Source: Candidatus Sulfobium sp. (GTDB taxonomy: Bacteria > Nitrospirota > Thermodesulfovibrionia > Thermodesulfovibrionales > UBA6898). From it: DNA of 64,000 nt. This document shows, piece by piece, positions 8,957-18,998 of the stretch. The notes under the pieces were generated by a model. The model made no database searches and was not told where the DNA came from. It worked only from the letters and a program-made list of their open reading frames with translations. Position numbers and translations under genes: made by a program. Position 1 is the stretch's first letter, and each line of letters starts with the position of its first letter. Location: positions 1 to 64,000 of the forward strand of contig JARRRI010000013.1 of the NCBI GenBank assembly GCA_037380845.1, given 5' to 3'.

Positions 8957-10144
8957 ATGGTCCGGGTATTGCCTCGGTTAGTGATAGCGGTGTTCACTAT
9001 CGCCCTTTTGTGCTCGGCATGCGGCGACGACACATCAGGGAAATGCGGTAACAGCCCGATCGTCCTCGGCGTGAATGCGCCGCTCACCGGTGATGTCCCC
9101 CAGATCGGAGAATCAACGAAATTCGCGGCTGAACTCTGGCTCTCCGACATCAAGGCTGCAGGTGGCATTGAAGTCGATGGGGTCTGTCATCCCGTCAATG
9201 TTATCTTCCGGGACAACCACGATGATCCGGCGTCGGCGGTGGACGTTACATCCACGCTTATCGCTACAGAACATGCTTTGGTGATAGTTGGGCCTCAGGC
9301 CTCGCAGCAGGCCGTGCCCGCCGGTGAGGTGGCAAATGCAGACCACACACCCATGATCAGCCCCTGGTCGACAAACCCCAATACGACGCTGAATCGCCCC
9401 TGGGTATTTCGGGCATCCTTCCTGGATTCTTTTCAGGGACCGTTGATCGCGAAGTTCGTTGACCGCCAGTTCGGGTTCACGCGCGCTGCCGTGCTTTATG
9501 ATCCGAACAGCGATTACCCTCGCGATCTGGCGCAGTTCTTCCGTGACAGTTGGGAGGAAAGCCATGGACCGGGCTCTGTCGTAGCCTACGAGACATTCTC
9601 GGACGATACGGATGTCAGCAGTCAGATAAAGGACATCATCGCCTCGGGCGCCGAGTTCGTCTTCCTGCCCCAGTATTATAACCAGGTGGCGACTATCATA
9701 AAGCAGGCCCATGCTCTGGGACTGAAGGTTCCTTTTGTGGGCAGCGACACCTGGGGGTCCGCCGCCTTGACAGATCTCTGCGGTCCAGACTGCACGGGGC
9801 TTTTTTTCAGCACGCACTTTGCGGCACTGGGGGCGACCGGCGCTACGAAGGTCTTCGTCGACCGCTATGAGGCCGCTTACGGCTATGTGCCCGACGACGT
9901 TGCCGCTCTGACCTGGGACAGCATGAACATCGTCAAGCAGGCCATCCAGGACTGCGGGGTGATTACCGGTGACATCGCCGCCGACCGGACTTGTGTCAGA
10001 AATTCCATGGCCAGCATCCACAACTTCCATGGGATTACCGGCGACATAACATTTACCGAGGAAGGCGACCCAATCAAGTGCGGCGTGATAGTAAGGATCA
10101 ACGAGGCCGGCCAGTTTGAGTTCTACGAGTCGGTTTGTCCTTAG
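8957..10144 (+). CDS. Branched-chain amino acid ABC substrate-binding lipoprotein (LivJ/K family), orphan
   Basis: Lipobox LLCSAC; APLTG, PMISPWSTNP, VFRASFLD and GITGDITF motifs. Confidence 0.85.
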   Translation: MVRVLPRLVIAVFTIALLCSACGDDTSGKCGNSPIVLGVNAPLTGDVPQIGESTKFAAELWLSDIKAAGGIEVDGVCHPVNVIFRDNHDDPASAVDVTSTLIATEHALVIVGPQASQQAVPAGEVANADHTPMISPWSTNPNTTLNRPWVFRASFLDSFQGPLIAKFVDRQFGFTRAAVLYDPNSDYPRDLAQFFRDSWEESHGPGSVVAYETFSDDTDVSSQIKDIIASGAEFVFLPQYYNQVATIIKQAHALGLKVPFVGSDTWGSAALTDLCGPDCTGLFFSTHFAALGATGATKVFVDRYEAAYGYVPDDVAALTWDSMNIVKQAIQDCGVITGDIAADRTCVRNSMASIHNFHGITGDITFTEEGDPIKCGVIVRINEAGQFEFYESVCP

Positions 10145-10366
10145 GGTTCGTCGCAGTCGCGGACCCAGGTCCAAACGCCGGTACAAGCGGTGCCCGCTAT
10201 ATGATTATCAAACACGCGGTCATGGCTCAGTGCAACTGTCATCGAGTACGCGCAGAATTGAGCAACCGGTATCAGGCGGCATCCTAAGCTGTTAATCTGC
10301 TGTAACATCGGCTAGCTGACGTCAATATCGAAAGAATGATCGCTCGCCTGAAATCACAGCAGCACA

Positions 10367-10867
10367 TCATTTGGGAGGCGAGGGGAAGAGCGCATAAGGC
10401 GGCTGTGGCTCCCTGTCCGGGGGAACATAAGACGGCGCCGGCCCGCCGCCGGGTCCGAGATACCTAATAAAGTGATACAGAGCCCGCAGATCATACTCGC
10501 TCATTATATTCACATCGAACCACGGCATAGGAGGTTTTGCCCTCAAAGTCCTGGCCATTGCAACCCATTGCTTCTCGGTAAGTGTTCCCATAAGAAGCCG
10601 CAGATTGGCAGGGTATGTCGTCCCCCACGGTCCACGCCAACCGAATGAGCTGCCAGTAAGCCACAATTTTTCTGGCACCTTCCCTTCTGAAAGTAAATAG
10701 TCCGGAGTGTGGCAGTCATTGCAGCCCGCAATCTGGCTTATATAGCGGCCATGCGGTATCAATTTGTTTCTGGCTGCCTCTGCTGCATGACCTTGTCCGT
10801 TCAAACCAATGACGAAACAAAATATGCAAGACAAGCACACCGCAATTATTCGTAAGTTCTCGCGCAT
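10367..10867 (-). CDS. Periplasmic monoheme cytochrome c
   Basis: Signal peptide; GCNDCHT heme motif; GPWG..YPANL and PPMPW. Confidence 0.85.
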   Translation of the reverse strand: MRENLRIIAVCLSCIFCFVIGLNGQGHAAEAARNKLIPHGRYISQIAGCNDCHTPDYLLSEGKVPEKLWLTGSSFGWRGPWGTTYPANLRLLMGTLTEKQWVAMARTLRAKPPMPWFDVNIMSEYDLRALYHFIRYLGPGGGPAPSYVPPDREPQPPYALFPSPPK

Positions 10868-11314
10868 AAGATCCTCATCCTCCCGGCATATTCCTTGGGA
10901 AATCTGCCTATAAAAGAAGTGTATCACCAAATGCACATTCCAGGAAGAAACTGACGGGAGCGACTGAGGCTGAACAGTGTAGCTTAATGAAGTACCCCTT
11001 TAATCAGTGTCGCGGGGGAGATTTCCCGAAGTTTGACTGGATGCCGCTAATCTGGTAAGAGTTAATTATGAAGGGGGATCTGCCGCATTCGTCTTATGTA
11101 ATTTTCATTATCTCCAACGCTATCCTGTCTTCTCTATTTGTGACTTTCTGGGCTTTCCATCAGAAATACCCCGCAGAAAGGGCTGCCTTAGTTTTCGTCA
11201 AAGATAATAGATGCCCGGATATATCAAGGAGATATGCTATGACAGGTATATATTCCGGAGTTCTGGTGGCTTAATGCGACTGTCCCGGTAACTGCGCGCT
11301 GCCGTTCTTTTATT

Positions 11315-12718
11315 GTGCCGGCTGCAGACGCAGAAGAATCTGAACACTGCAAACAGTGCGGGATGGACAGGGCTGTATATGCCAGGAGCCGAATGCTAAT
11401 GGAGTATGATTGTGAATCCTCTGCCGGTGTGTGCAGTTTACACTGTGAGGCTGCGGAGATGAAACAAAACGAGGACAAACAGGTAAAGTCAATTATGGTC
11501 GCTGACTACGAAACCGAACAATTGATAGAAGCAAAGATCTCGACCGGCGCAGTCGGAGGAGATAAGCCGGGGGTAATGACCTCCGCGTCAAAATGGGCCT
11601 TTTCGAAAAGAGAGGCCGTGGGAAGGTTCATAGGGGAGCACGGCGGAAAGCTGGTTTCTTTCGAGGAGCCGCCGAATGCTGCCGAAAGGAAACAGGAGAG
11701 CAGCGAGGATATGAAGGGGATGGATCATATGCATATGGACCATATGGTGCATATGCGAGCCCAGATGCTGTATAATCCAGCCTTCAGCGACCACATATAT
11801 CATACGCACCCGGCCGGGATGTGGATGTTCAACTATGACTTCATGCATATGGACATGAGGGGACTGCGATCCGGCACTAAGAACATCTCTACGGATAGTG
11901 TCGGCTACAACAGGGGCTTGCCTTACAACTACATGATGATCCCTACAAACATGACCATGGACATGCATATGGTCATGGCTATGTATGGAATCACCGACCG
12001 GTTTACGGTGATGGCGATGGCGAAGTATCGGACCATCAGGATGAAGATGCTGATGGACATGGGACCCGGCAAGATGATCAAACAGGCAGCTCCTATGACC
12101 ATAAGCGGTTTTGGAGATACCGAACTGAGGGGGATGTACAAGATCAACAATTCGCTCGTAGGCAGTATCGGAGTGAGTCTGCCTGCCGGCAGCATCGACC
12201 AGGAGTTCGGCACCATGGGAAGGACCTATCGCGCACCCTACGATATGCAGCTCGGTTCCGGCACTTATGACCTCAAGCCCGCGCTTACCTATGATGATTT
12301 CAGCGGAGACGAAAAATGGAACTGGGGAGCGCAGGCCCAGTATACCTGGCATACTGCAAAGAACGACAACGACTGGCGTTTTGGCGATAACTTCAAGCTG
12401 ACCGGCTGGCTGCAACGGGCCTTCGGACCCGCCACCTCCTGGCTTCGGCTGGCATACAACGCCACGGGACGCATCAAGGGCAGTGATCCCCAGATCCAGA
12501 TACTGCTCAACCCCGACGTCAATATAGGAGCACCTGTGCCTGACGCAGATCCGAACAATTATGGAGGGCAGCGGCTCGACGGCCTTATCGGTGTAAGCTA
12601 CCAAAAGGGTACTTTCAGTTTTGGAGTTGAAGGAGGAATACCCCTTTACCAGGATCTCAACGGTTTGCAGATGAAAATTTCGTGGTTACTGAACGCCGGT
12701 TTTCAGGTCATGTTTTGA
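11315..12718 (+). CDS. NosL-like domain fused to a Met/His-rich outer-membrane beta-barrel; 5' end appears damaged
   Basis: CKQCGM...CSLHC...GVMT NosL motifs; MDHMHMDHMVHM linker; barrel-like region (GFGD, MQLGSGTYD) ending in Phe; no intact signal peptide in frame. Confidence 0.65.
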   Translation: MPAADAEESEHCKQCGMDRAVYARSRMLMEYDCESSAGVCSLHCEAAEMKQNEDKQVKSIMVADYETEQLIEAKISTGAVGGDKPGVMTSASKWAFSKREAVGRFIGEHGGKLVSFEEPPNAAERKQESSEDMKGMDHMHMDHMVHMRAQMLYNPAFSDHIYHTHPAGMWMFNYDFMHMDMRGLRSGTKNISTDSVGYNRGLPYNYMMIPTNMTMDMHMVMAMYGITDRFTVMAMAKYRTIRMKMLMDMGPGKMIKQAAPMTISGFGDTELRGMYKINNSLVGSIGVSLPAGSIDQEFGTMGRTYRAPYDMQLGSGTYDLKPALTYDDFSGDEKWNWGAQAQYTWHTAKNDNDWRFGDNFKLTGWLQRAFGPATSWLRLAYNATGRIKGSDPQIQILLNPDVNIGAPVPDADPNNYGGQRLDGLIGVSYQKGTFSFGVEGGIPLYQDLNGLQMKISWLLNAGFQVMF

Positions 12719-13204
12719 GTTGAAATGATGGTGGAGGCGAAGGAGCTATTGAAAGAGAGAGTGGTTTGATATGAGACATGCATTTTGGGGCGGCACAGAC
12801 CTCTCTCCCGCATCCTCCGGAACCGCATTTGACTGTCTATTTCCATGAGCATCCCTCGCTTATCGCAGACAGGGAACAATATCAAGTACAGGAAGAACTG
12901 TTGCATCCGGCCGTAAATAGAGCTCTCTGCGGCTTTCGCCCCAGACTATTCAACCCCATTTCGCCACTGTTGTTGCCTTTCTTCTTACCGACTTATCCTG
13001 TGGAACACATTGGGCACAGGTCCCGGATCGTCATTGATGTTCGTTAGCGTTCCGTTCCCGCGTGTCGTTGAGTCTGACGTCACATGACCTGTCGCCGGTG
13101 CACGTGATCGAAAGGAACTGTGTGCTACCGCCACCGCTGTCGATCGCTTGCCGAAGACCGACAAAGGGCTGCCGACCAACTGCATGGCGTTCCTGGGCCA
13201 TCGG

Positions 13205-13861
13205 TCAGCTTGAGAGCAATTTTGCAGCACCCTGCAGTATCTTTCTCATAGGTTTGCCCACCGTAACCCAAAGGAATATCTCGTTCCCGATATCTCGATA
13301 ATCCGCGGACTCAATATTGAAACCAATTTTTTCAAGATTAGCGTATAGCTTATCAGGGCTCTTGTGGCTGTAATATAGCTTTTGACCCATAAATTCCTTA
13401 TAGCCATCAAATTCAATGCTACCAGTGTATTCTTTCGTTGCATAGGTAAACAACGCTTTGCCTTTTGGGCGAAGCCACTTATAGAATTTGTCAAACAAAG
13501 CCTCATGATCATTGCATGAGACATGAAATAAACTGTAAATTGCTGTGATTGCGTCAAATTGGCTTGGTTCAAATTCAACCTCACGCATGTCAGCGTGAAT
13601 AGTTCTCATTTCTGGGACATATTTAGACGCCAATTCAAGCATTCTTTCAGAGAAATCTACACCTGTAACTGTCCAACCACACTCAATAAAAAATCGTGCA
13701 AACGGCTCACCTGCGCCACAGCCCAAATCAAGCAGCCTCCCTTTCTTTACCCCCAATCGCGCATAAAAAGAATTAAAGACTTCCATCATATCAAAAAGTC
13801 CCCGATTCTCTTCATAGGTTTCAGCAAACTGATCGTAGATTTGTCGAAGTGTGATACCCAC
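13205..13861 (-). CDS. Class I SAM-dependent methyltransferase (low GC)
   Basis: LLDLGCGAG, GVDFS and WLRPKG motifs. Confidence 0.88.
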   Translation of the reverse strand: MGITLRQIYDQFAETYEENRGLFDMMEVFNSFYARLGVKKGRLLDLGCGAGEPFARFFIECGWTVTGVDFSERMLELASKYVPEMRTIHADMREVEFEPSQFDAITAIYSLFHVSCNDHEALFDKFYKWLRPKGKALFTYATKEYTGSIEFDGYKEFMGQKLYYSHKSPDKLYANLEKIGFNIESADYRDIGNEIFLWVTVGKPMRKILQGAAKLLSS

Positions 13862-14093
13862 AGCATTACCTTTCAGGTGCCGACAATGTGTACAGATTCC
13901 TATTCTTCATTCCCATGATCACATATTAGCACAGTCGTGGTATCATGAGAAGGTAAAACTGGCGTGGGAAATATGCAAACATTTCTGAATTCTCGTCAAT
14001 AATGAAGGGGAGGAATATTTGGCAGCGTAATTGTCGTTGATGAAAGCCCTCAAATTAAAGCCTCTATGCCCGGACTGAGTAAAAAAAGTAGTC

Positions 14094-14357
14094 ATGAGTG
14101 AAAGGAAGGAGAGGATCAAGATGGACAATACCTTCGATAGTACATACGTTATCAGGAAAGAAAAGTATGAAGAGTTTATTGCCGATGCCGAGAAGCTATC
14201 GATAGCATCCTATACAATTCCAGTCGCTGTTGCACCTGATTTGTACAAACAAATCGATATGAATAAAGACATTGCAATAAAAATCGTCTGGAAGCCTGAA
14301 ACAACGGTTGCCCAGATAAAGGAGTTTGATAAGACATGGTTTCTTCTAAAATATTAA
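14094..14357 (+). CDS. Hypothetical protein (low GC); may start at 14121
   Basis: Open frame with SD AGGAGAGG before the second Met. Confidence 0.5.
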   Translation: MSERKERIKMDNTFDSTYVIRKEKYEEFIADAEKLSIASYTIPVAVAPDLYKQIDMNKDIAIKIVWKPETTVAQIKEFDKTWFLLKY

Positions 14358-14570
14358 GACCTGGCGAAGGGGCTTGATATGAGTGATTCGACGAATAGTG
14401 GGAGAAAAATAAAGACGAGGAAAGTTAAGGTCAAGAGAAACCTGTTCTGCCGGAAGGGCTATATGGCGACAAATGCTCATGAGTCAGATTTTCATTTGTG
14501 TTCCCCTTGTTTGCAATAATAAAGCGGACGAATTATACGGAAGCGGTATTCTTTTAGGAATTATCGGGAA

Positions 14571-15368
14571 ATGCCGAGTACGGTAGTCAACGGCGTTGAT
14601 CTCTACTACGAATGTCATGGAAAAGGCAAACCACTGATGCTGATCGCTGGCCTAGCCAGTGACTCCCAGAGCTGGCAGCCGATGGTGAAATCCCTATCTC
14701 AGCATCACCTTGTTATACTTCCTGATAACAGAGGTGTAGGTAGAACAAAGCCTCAAGATATTGAGACAAGCATTCAGCACATTGCTGACGATTGCATTGC
14801 GCTTGTCGGATATTTGGGGTTGTCATGCGTCACCTTGCTTGGGCATTCTATGGGAGGCTTTGTAGCGCTGGATTGTGCCATCCGTTATCCTGAATATGTT
14901 TCCAAAATGATTTTAGCAGGAACGTCGGCCTTCAATTCTGAAAGGAATAATGCTCTTTTTCATGATTGGGTTTCTTATTTGAGTTCGGGAATGGACTTAG
15001 AGCTTTGGTTTAGAAATGTATTTTACTGGATATTTTCTCGACACCTTTTTGAGAACAATAGAACACTGAATGATACAATGCAATTCGCAATAGAGTATCC
15101 CTATCCTCAGAGCGTCATCGCGTTCGAAAAACAAGTCAAAGCTATCGAGCAATTTAATTGCCAGAAAAGTTTGCCAAGCATTAAACCAAAGACTTTGATA
15201 GTTTGCGGGAAAGAGGATTTGCTATTTCCTCCCGAAGAAAGCATTAAGGTGTTGCAGGCGATCCCGAGAACAAGTATTTCTCTTATCGAGGATGCGGCAC
15301 ATTCTATGCATGTGGAAAGTCCCAAGGCATTCACGGATTGTGTCTTGCATTTCCTGAGCAACTGCTAA
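14571..15368 (+). CDS. Alpha/beta fold hydrolase
   Basis: DNRGVG, GHSMGG nucleophile elbow, GKED and AAH. Confidence 0.9.
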   Translation: MPSTVVNGVDLYYECHGKGKPLMLIAGLASDSQSWQPMVKSLSQHHLVILPDNRGVGRTKPQDIETSIQHIADDCIALVGYLGLSCVTLLGHSMGGFVALDCAIRYPEYVSKMILAGTSAFNSERNNALFHDWVSYLSSGMDLELWFRNVFYWIFSRHLFENNRTLNDTMQFAIEYPYPQSVIAFEKQVKAIEQFNCQKSLPSIKPKTLIVCGKEDLLFPPEESIKVLQAIPRTSISLIEDAAHSMHVESPKAFTDCVLHFLSNC

Positions 15369-15465
15369 CCGATCGCTGCAGCCGATGAAGTGATCTGCGC
15401 GGCTGCGTAGACAACTCACGTTTGCTAAGGAGAAAATAACAAGAATTTATCTGACTGCGCCTGTG

Positions 15466-15912
15466 CTAATCTGGAATCTCGGCCTCGACGAGCTTCGCGA
15501 GAAGCGCGAGCGACTCCTGCCAGCCCAAATAGCACGCCTCGGCTGGGATGATGGCGGGTACCCCTTCTTGGACGATGCTCAACTCCGTGCCCACGGATAC
15601 CTTCTTCAACGTAATCGTCGTCTCCATTTCTCCGGGCAAGTTTGGGTCGTCGAACTTGTCTGTGTGGAGGATGCGTTCGTGTGGCGTTAGTTCAAGGTAC
15701 TTTCCGCCGAACGAGTGGCTCTTGCCCGTAGTGAAATTCGTGAACGACATCTTGTAGGTGCCGCCGACTTTGGCGTCCATGTGGTGAACCTTGCCGGTAA
15801 ATCCGTTCGGGGGAAGCCATTTCGCCATAGCCTCTGCATCGAGGAATGCTCGATATACTCTTCCAGGTGCGGCCCGGAGCACGCGGTGAAGGCGGATGGT
15901 ATTTGTTGACAT
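15466..15912 (-). CDS. SRPBCC/AHSA1 domain protein
   Basis: RVYRAF...KWLPP...GW..SL..L pattern. Confidence 0.88.
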   Translation of the reverse strand: MSTNTIRLHRVLRAAPGRVYRAFLDAEAMAKWLPPNGFTGKVHHMDAKVGGTYKMSFTNFTTGKSHSFGGKYLELTPHERILHTDKFDDPNLPGEMETTITLKKVSVGTELSIVQEGVPAIIPAEACYLGWQESLALLAKLVEAEIPD

Positions 15913-16187
15913 AGCTTATTCTCCTTTGACGGGTTGTGTTCGAGACGTAGTGCCAATTACCGGATCAATTATTTACAATTATATCAGGTTACAGCGGTCT
16001 TGGCTTCAGGAAGGACATCGCGGTATAGGCGACAGAAAAACAAATCACTTCGAGGGCAAGCAAAACTCCATGCCGGACATATAGTTGCCATCGCCTTCCC
16101 TTAGCCCAGCGTACTCGGCAGGTACTACGAAGGATGGGAGCATACTGCTGTCGACTGTAATCTCCGGCGGGATAAATGGGGACAGCG

Positions 16188-16349
16188 CCGAATGGCGCTA
16201 ATTTAAGGAATTTTTCATTAAGAACAAAGAACTTTCTGCCTTGTCATTCCCGCAGTTTTTAGGCGGGAATCCAGCAGGAGACAAGGCGCCTTGGATGCCC
16301 GAATGAAGTCCTCGGGCATGACGAAGATGCTTAAATTAGTGCCATTCGG
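16188..16349. mobile_element. MITE-like element, copy 2, carrying a nested palindromic repeat
   Basis: 20-bp TIRs CCGAATGGCGCTAATTTAAG (19/20 match); 7-bp direct repeat GACAGCG. Confidence 0.85.
16243..16322. repeat. GTCATTCCCGC...GCGGGAATCCA...TGGA...ATGAC palindromic element
   Basis: Composite hairpin; related copy at 30563-30643 and half copy at 28127-28156. Confidence 0.7.
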
Positions 16350-16526
16350 GACAGCGCCTATTAATTCCTAAAAGAAATCCTGACCAGTATAAATCTTCAT
16401 GAATTGCGCATTATCAGTCAAACTCTGCTCCTTTTCCAACTTCCGGCTTTATCATAATTTTTCCGTTGCTATAATTGAGATAGGATAATTCATGCTGATT
16501 TTTCAGAAAGAACACTCTCCGGAGGT

Positions 16527-17291
16527 GTGGGCTTGAAGGTTGTTGCGGTGACTGGAGGAGGACAGGGAATCGGGAGGGCGGTGGCATATCACTTTGCGAA
16601 GGCCGGTTATGCGGTGTCTATTGCGGACATCGATGAGGAAGCCGGCAAGGAAGCTCTCAGGAAGGTTGAAGAACTGAGAGCCAGAGGTATTTTCGTCCGG
16701 ACGGACGTGTCTCAGCCTGAAGATGTCAGGAAATGGATGGAACGCACCTCGCGCGAACTTGGCTGTCCCGATACGCTTGTCAACAACGCCGGTATCTCTC
16801 GCAGCGTGCCCTTTCTTGAGCTTTCCTCCGAAGATTTCGACCGTGTCATCGGTGTGAACCTCCGCGGTACATTCCTCTGCTCGCAGGAGGCCGCACGCCT
16901 GATGGCCGGGTGCGGAAGCGGCGGGGTTATCATAAACATCGCTTCCACCCGGGCCTTCATGTCCGAGCCGGGAACTGAAGCTTATACCGCCTCCAAGGGC
17001 GGCATAGTCTCCCTCACTCACGGCATGGCCGTCAGCCTCGGGCCTCTTGGCATCCGTGTAAACTGCATCAGCCCGGGCTGGATTGAAACAGGGGACTGGC
17101 AGTATTCGGCCAGGGCAAAGAAACCGGTGCATTCGGAGAGGGACCGCCTTCAGCATCCTGTCGGCCGGGTCGGCAGACCTGCCGACATCGCCGAGGCATG
17201 CCTGTTTCTGAGTGAATCCGCAGGATTCATGACCGGCCAGAACGTGATTATCGACGGCGGCATGACAATAAAAATGATCTATGAAGAGTAG
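16527..17291 (+). CDS. Short-chain dehydrogenase/reductase
   Basis: TGGGQGIG, NNAG and YTASK motifs. Confidence 0.92.
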   Translation: MGLKVVAVTGGGQGIGRAVAYHFAKAGYAVSIADIDEEAGKEALRKVEELRARGIFVRTDVSQPEDVRKWMERTSRELGCPDTLVNNAGISRSVPFLELSSEDFDRVIGVNLRGTFLCSQEAARLMAGCGSGGVIINIASTRAFMSEPGTEAYTASKGGIVSLTHGMAVSLGPLGIRVNCISPGWIETGDWQYSARAKKPVHSERDRLQHPVGRVGRPADIAEACLFLSESAGFMTGQNVIIDGGMTIKMIYEE

Positions 17292-17495
17292 GAAAAGATA
17301 AGCGTCCGCTACTCCACTCCATTCATAAATTTCCCGGCACGGCTGAAGGGTGTAGCGTTTGAGCGGCTCTTACTTGCCCGATAGTCAGACAGTGTGTATC
17401 CTGAAGTAAGGAGGGCAAGTTCCCCGGAGCAAAGCGAGAATGAGCGAAAATACTATGTCCTTTCGTTTCCTCGACATTTTCATGAATAATCAGGG

Positions 17496-18773
17496 CTACT
17501 CCGGTGTTTCGAGGTAGAGGTCGCCCGAGTCGTAGTCGTACGCAAAGAGTTCGGCGTATCTTCCCCAGTCTATCGCAATTTCGAGCTGGTTCCATGCCTC
17601 GTCGGAGGTGAAATGGTTTTCGAGGATCTCTATGAAAAAGTCTTCGGTGATCCTGTGCTTTGACGATGAACTTAGTACCTGCATTATCTGTTTTATAAGC
17701 TGAATGTTTTTCAGCGCAGTGTCCCTGAAGATCTCCTTCTTCTCCACAGCATCGGCCTCTGAAAAGACCCTTCCCTTTTCCGTTATGAAGAAATCGCCCT
17801 CCTTTATCGTGCCGAGGCCGAGGAATACCGCCGCCTCTATCAGGGGGAAGATATCGTCGACCTCCATGCTCAGTTCAGATGCAAGCAGGGGGATATCGGC
17901 CGTTCCTCCCCTGTCATTGACGAGTTCCAGCAGTCCCGCCACGGCGCCGACCTTTGTATGCGGCAGGAACTGGTACCTTTCCTGTTTGAGGAGGAAGGGC
18001 ATCTCTTCCGGCGGCCTGGTGAGTATGGTATAGACCCTGTCCACGATGTACTTGAACTCCTTCGAATTCTTGTCCCTGGCTTTATTGCGTTCGATTTTCA
18101 GGTCGGCCTTGATCCGCGCAGGATTATGGCTCAGGATGATCGCCCGGTCGGACATGAAAACGGCCTCTTCTATATTGTGCGTCACGAGTATGATCGACTT
18201 TATGGGCATCTTTTTCTCCATCCAGAGGTCCACAAGGTCGCTCCTCAGGTGGTCGGCGGTCAGCACGTCGAGCGCAGAGAGCGGCTCGTCCATGAAGAGC
18301 ACCTCCGGCTCCACGGCCAGCGCCCTGGCTATCCCGACCCTCTGCCTCATGCCGCCGGAAAGCTCCCTGGGATAGGCATACTCAAAGCCGTCCAGCCCGA
18401 CGATGTCGAGCATCCGGAGCGATTTTTCGCGTACTGCTTCAGCCCCCAGCCCCGTCGGCTTGAGACCCAGCTCGGCGTTTTCCAGGACCGTAAGCCAGGG
18501 GAAAAGGGCGAAGCTCTGAAATACCATGGCGATCTTCGGATTCGCCGCGCCGAAGGGGGTGCCGTGGTAGTAGATCTCTCCCTCCGAAGGCTCGGCCAGG
18601 CCGGCCAGTATCCTCAGAAGTGTAGATTTCCCCGCACCGGACGCACCCAGTATCGAGACGAATTCCCCTTCGCGGACCTCCATGCTGATGTCTTCAAGCA
18701 CGGAGATCTCCTTGCCCCCTGCCATGGGATAGGATTTTGTGATGCCTTTTGTCTGTAAAATGGGACTGGACAT
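17496..18773 (-). CDS. NitT/TauT-family ABC ATP-binding protein with C-terminal AAA-associated domain
   Basis: GASGAGKST, LSGGMRQR and MDEP motifs; C-terminal IDWGRYAELF. Confidence 0.9.
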   Translation of the reverse strand: MSSPILQTKGITKSYPMAGGKEISVLEDISMEVREGEFVSILGASGAGKSTLLRILAGLAEPSEGEIYYHGTPFGAANPKIAMVFQSFALFPWLTVLENAELGLKPTGLGAEAVREKSLRMLDIVGLDGFEYAYPRELSGGMRQRVGIARALAVEPEVLFMDEPLSALDVLTADHLRSDLVDLWMEKKMPIKSIILVTHNIEEAVFMSDRAIILSHNPARIKADLKIERNKARDKNSKEFKYIVDRVYTILTRPPEEMPFLLKQERYQFLPHTKVGAVAGLLELVNDRGGTADIPLLASELSMEVDDIFPLIEAAVFLGLGTIKEGDFFITEKGRVFSEADAVEKKEIFRDTALKNIQLIKQIMQVLSSSSKHRITEDFFIEILENHFTSDEAWNQLEIAIDWGRYAELFAYDYDSGDLYLETPE

Positions 18774-18823
18774 TACCCCCTCTATTTTAACCCTGCAGCT
18801 TCATGCTCAAGCTGAAAAAGATA

Positions 18824-18980
18824 AGCGAATGTGCTGAAAAAGGTCCATAACCTGGGGCTCCGCACAATCTCCGGGCGTGGTGACCTGCGCCTTTCTGAAG
18901 GCCACTTAAGTTTGAAGCCGCGTTTACGTGAATCCGAATCAATGTGCGCCGAATTTATGGACTTTTTCAGCATGTTCGCT
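18824..18980. mobile_element. MITE-like insertion between the permease and ATPase genes
   Basis: About 26-bp imperfect TIRs AGCGAATGTGCTGAAAAAGGTCCATAA / TTATGGACTTTTTCAGCATGTTCGCT. Confidence 0.6.
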
Positions 18981-18998
18981 TTTCCTTCAGAAACACAG

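Noticed and set aside
11234..11242. UGA at codon 3 upstream of the NosL fusion as selenocysteine
   Set aside because: Read-through gives no signal peptide and no redox motif; decay is the simpler explanation
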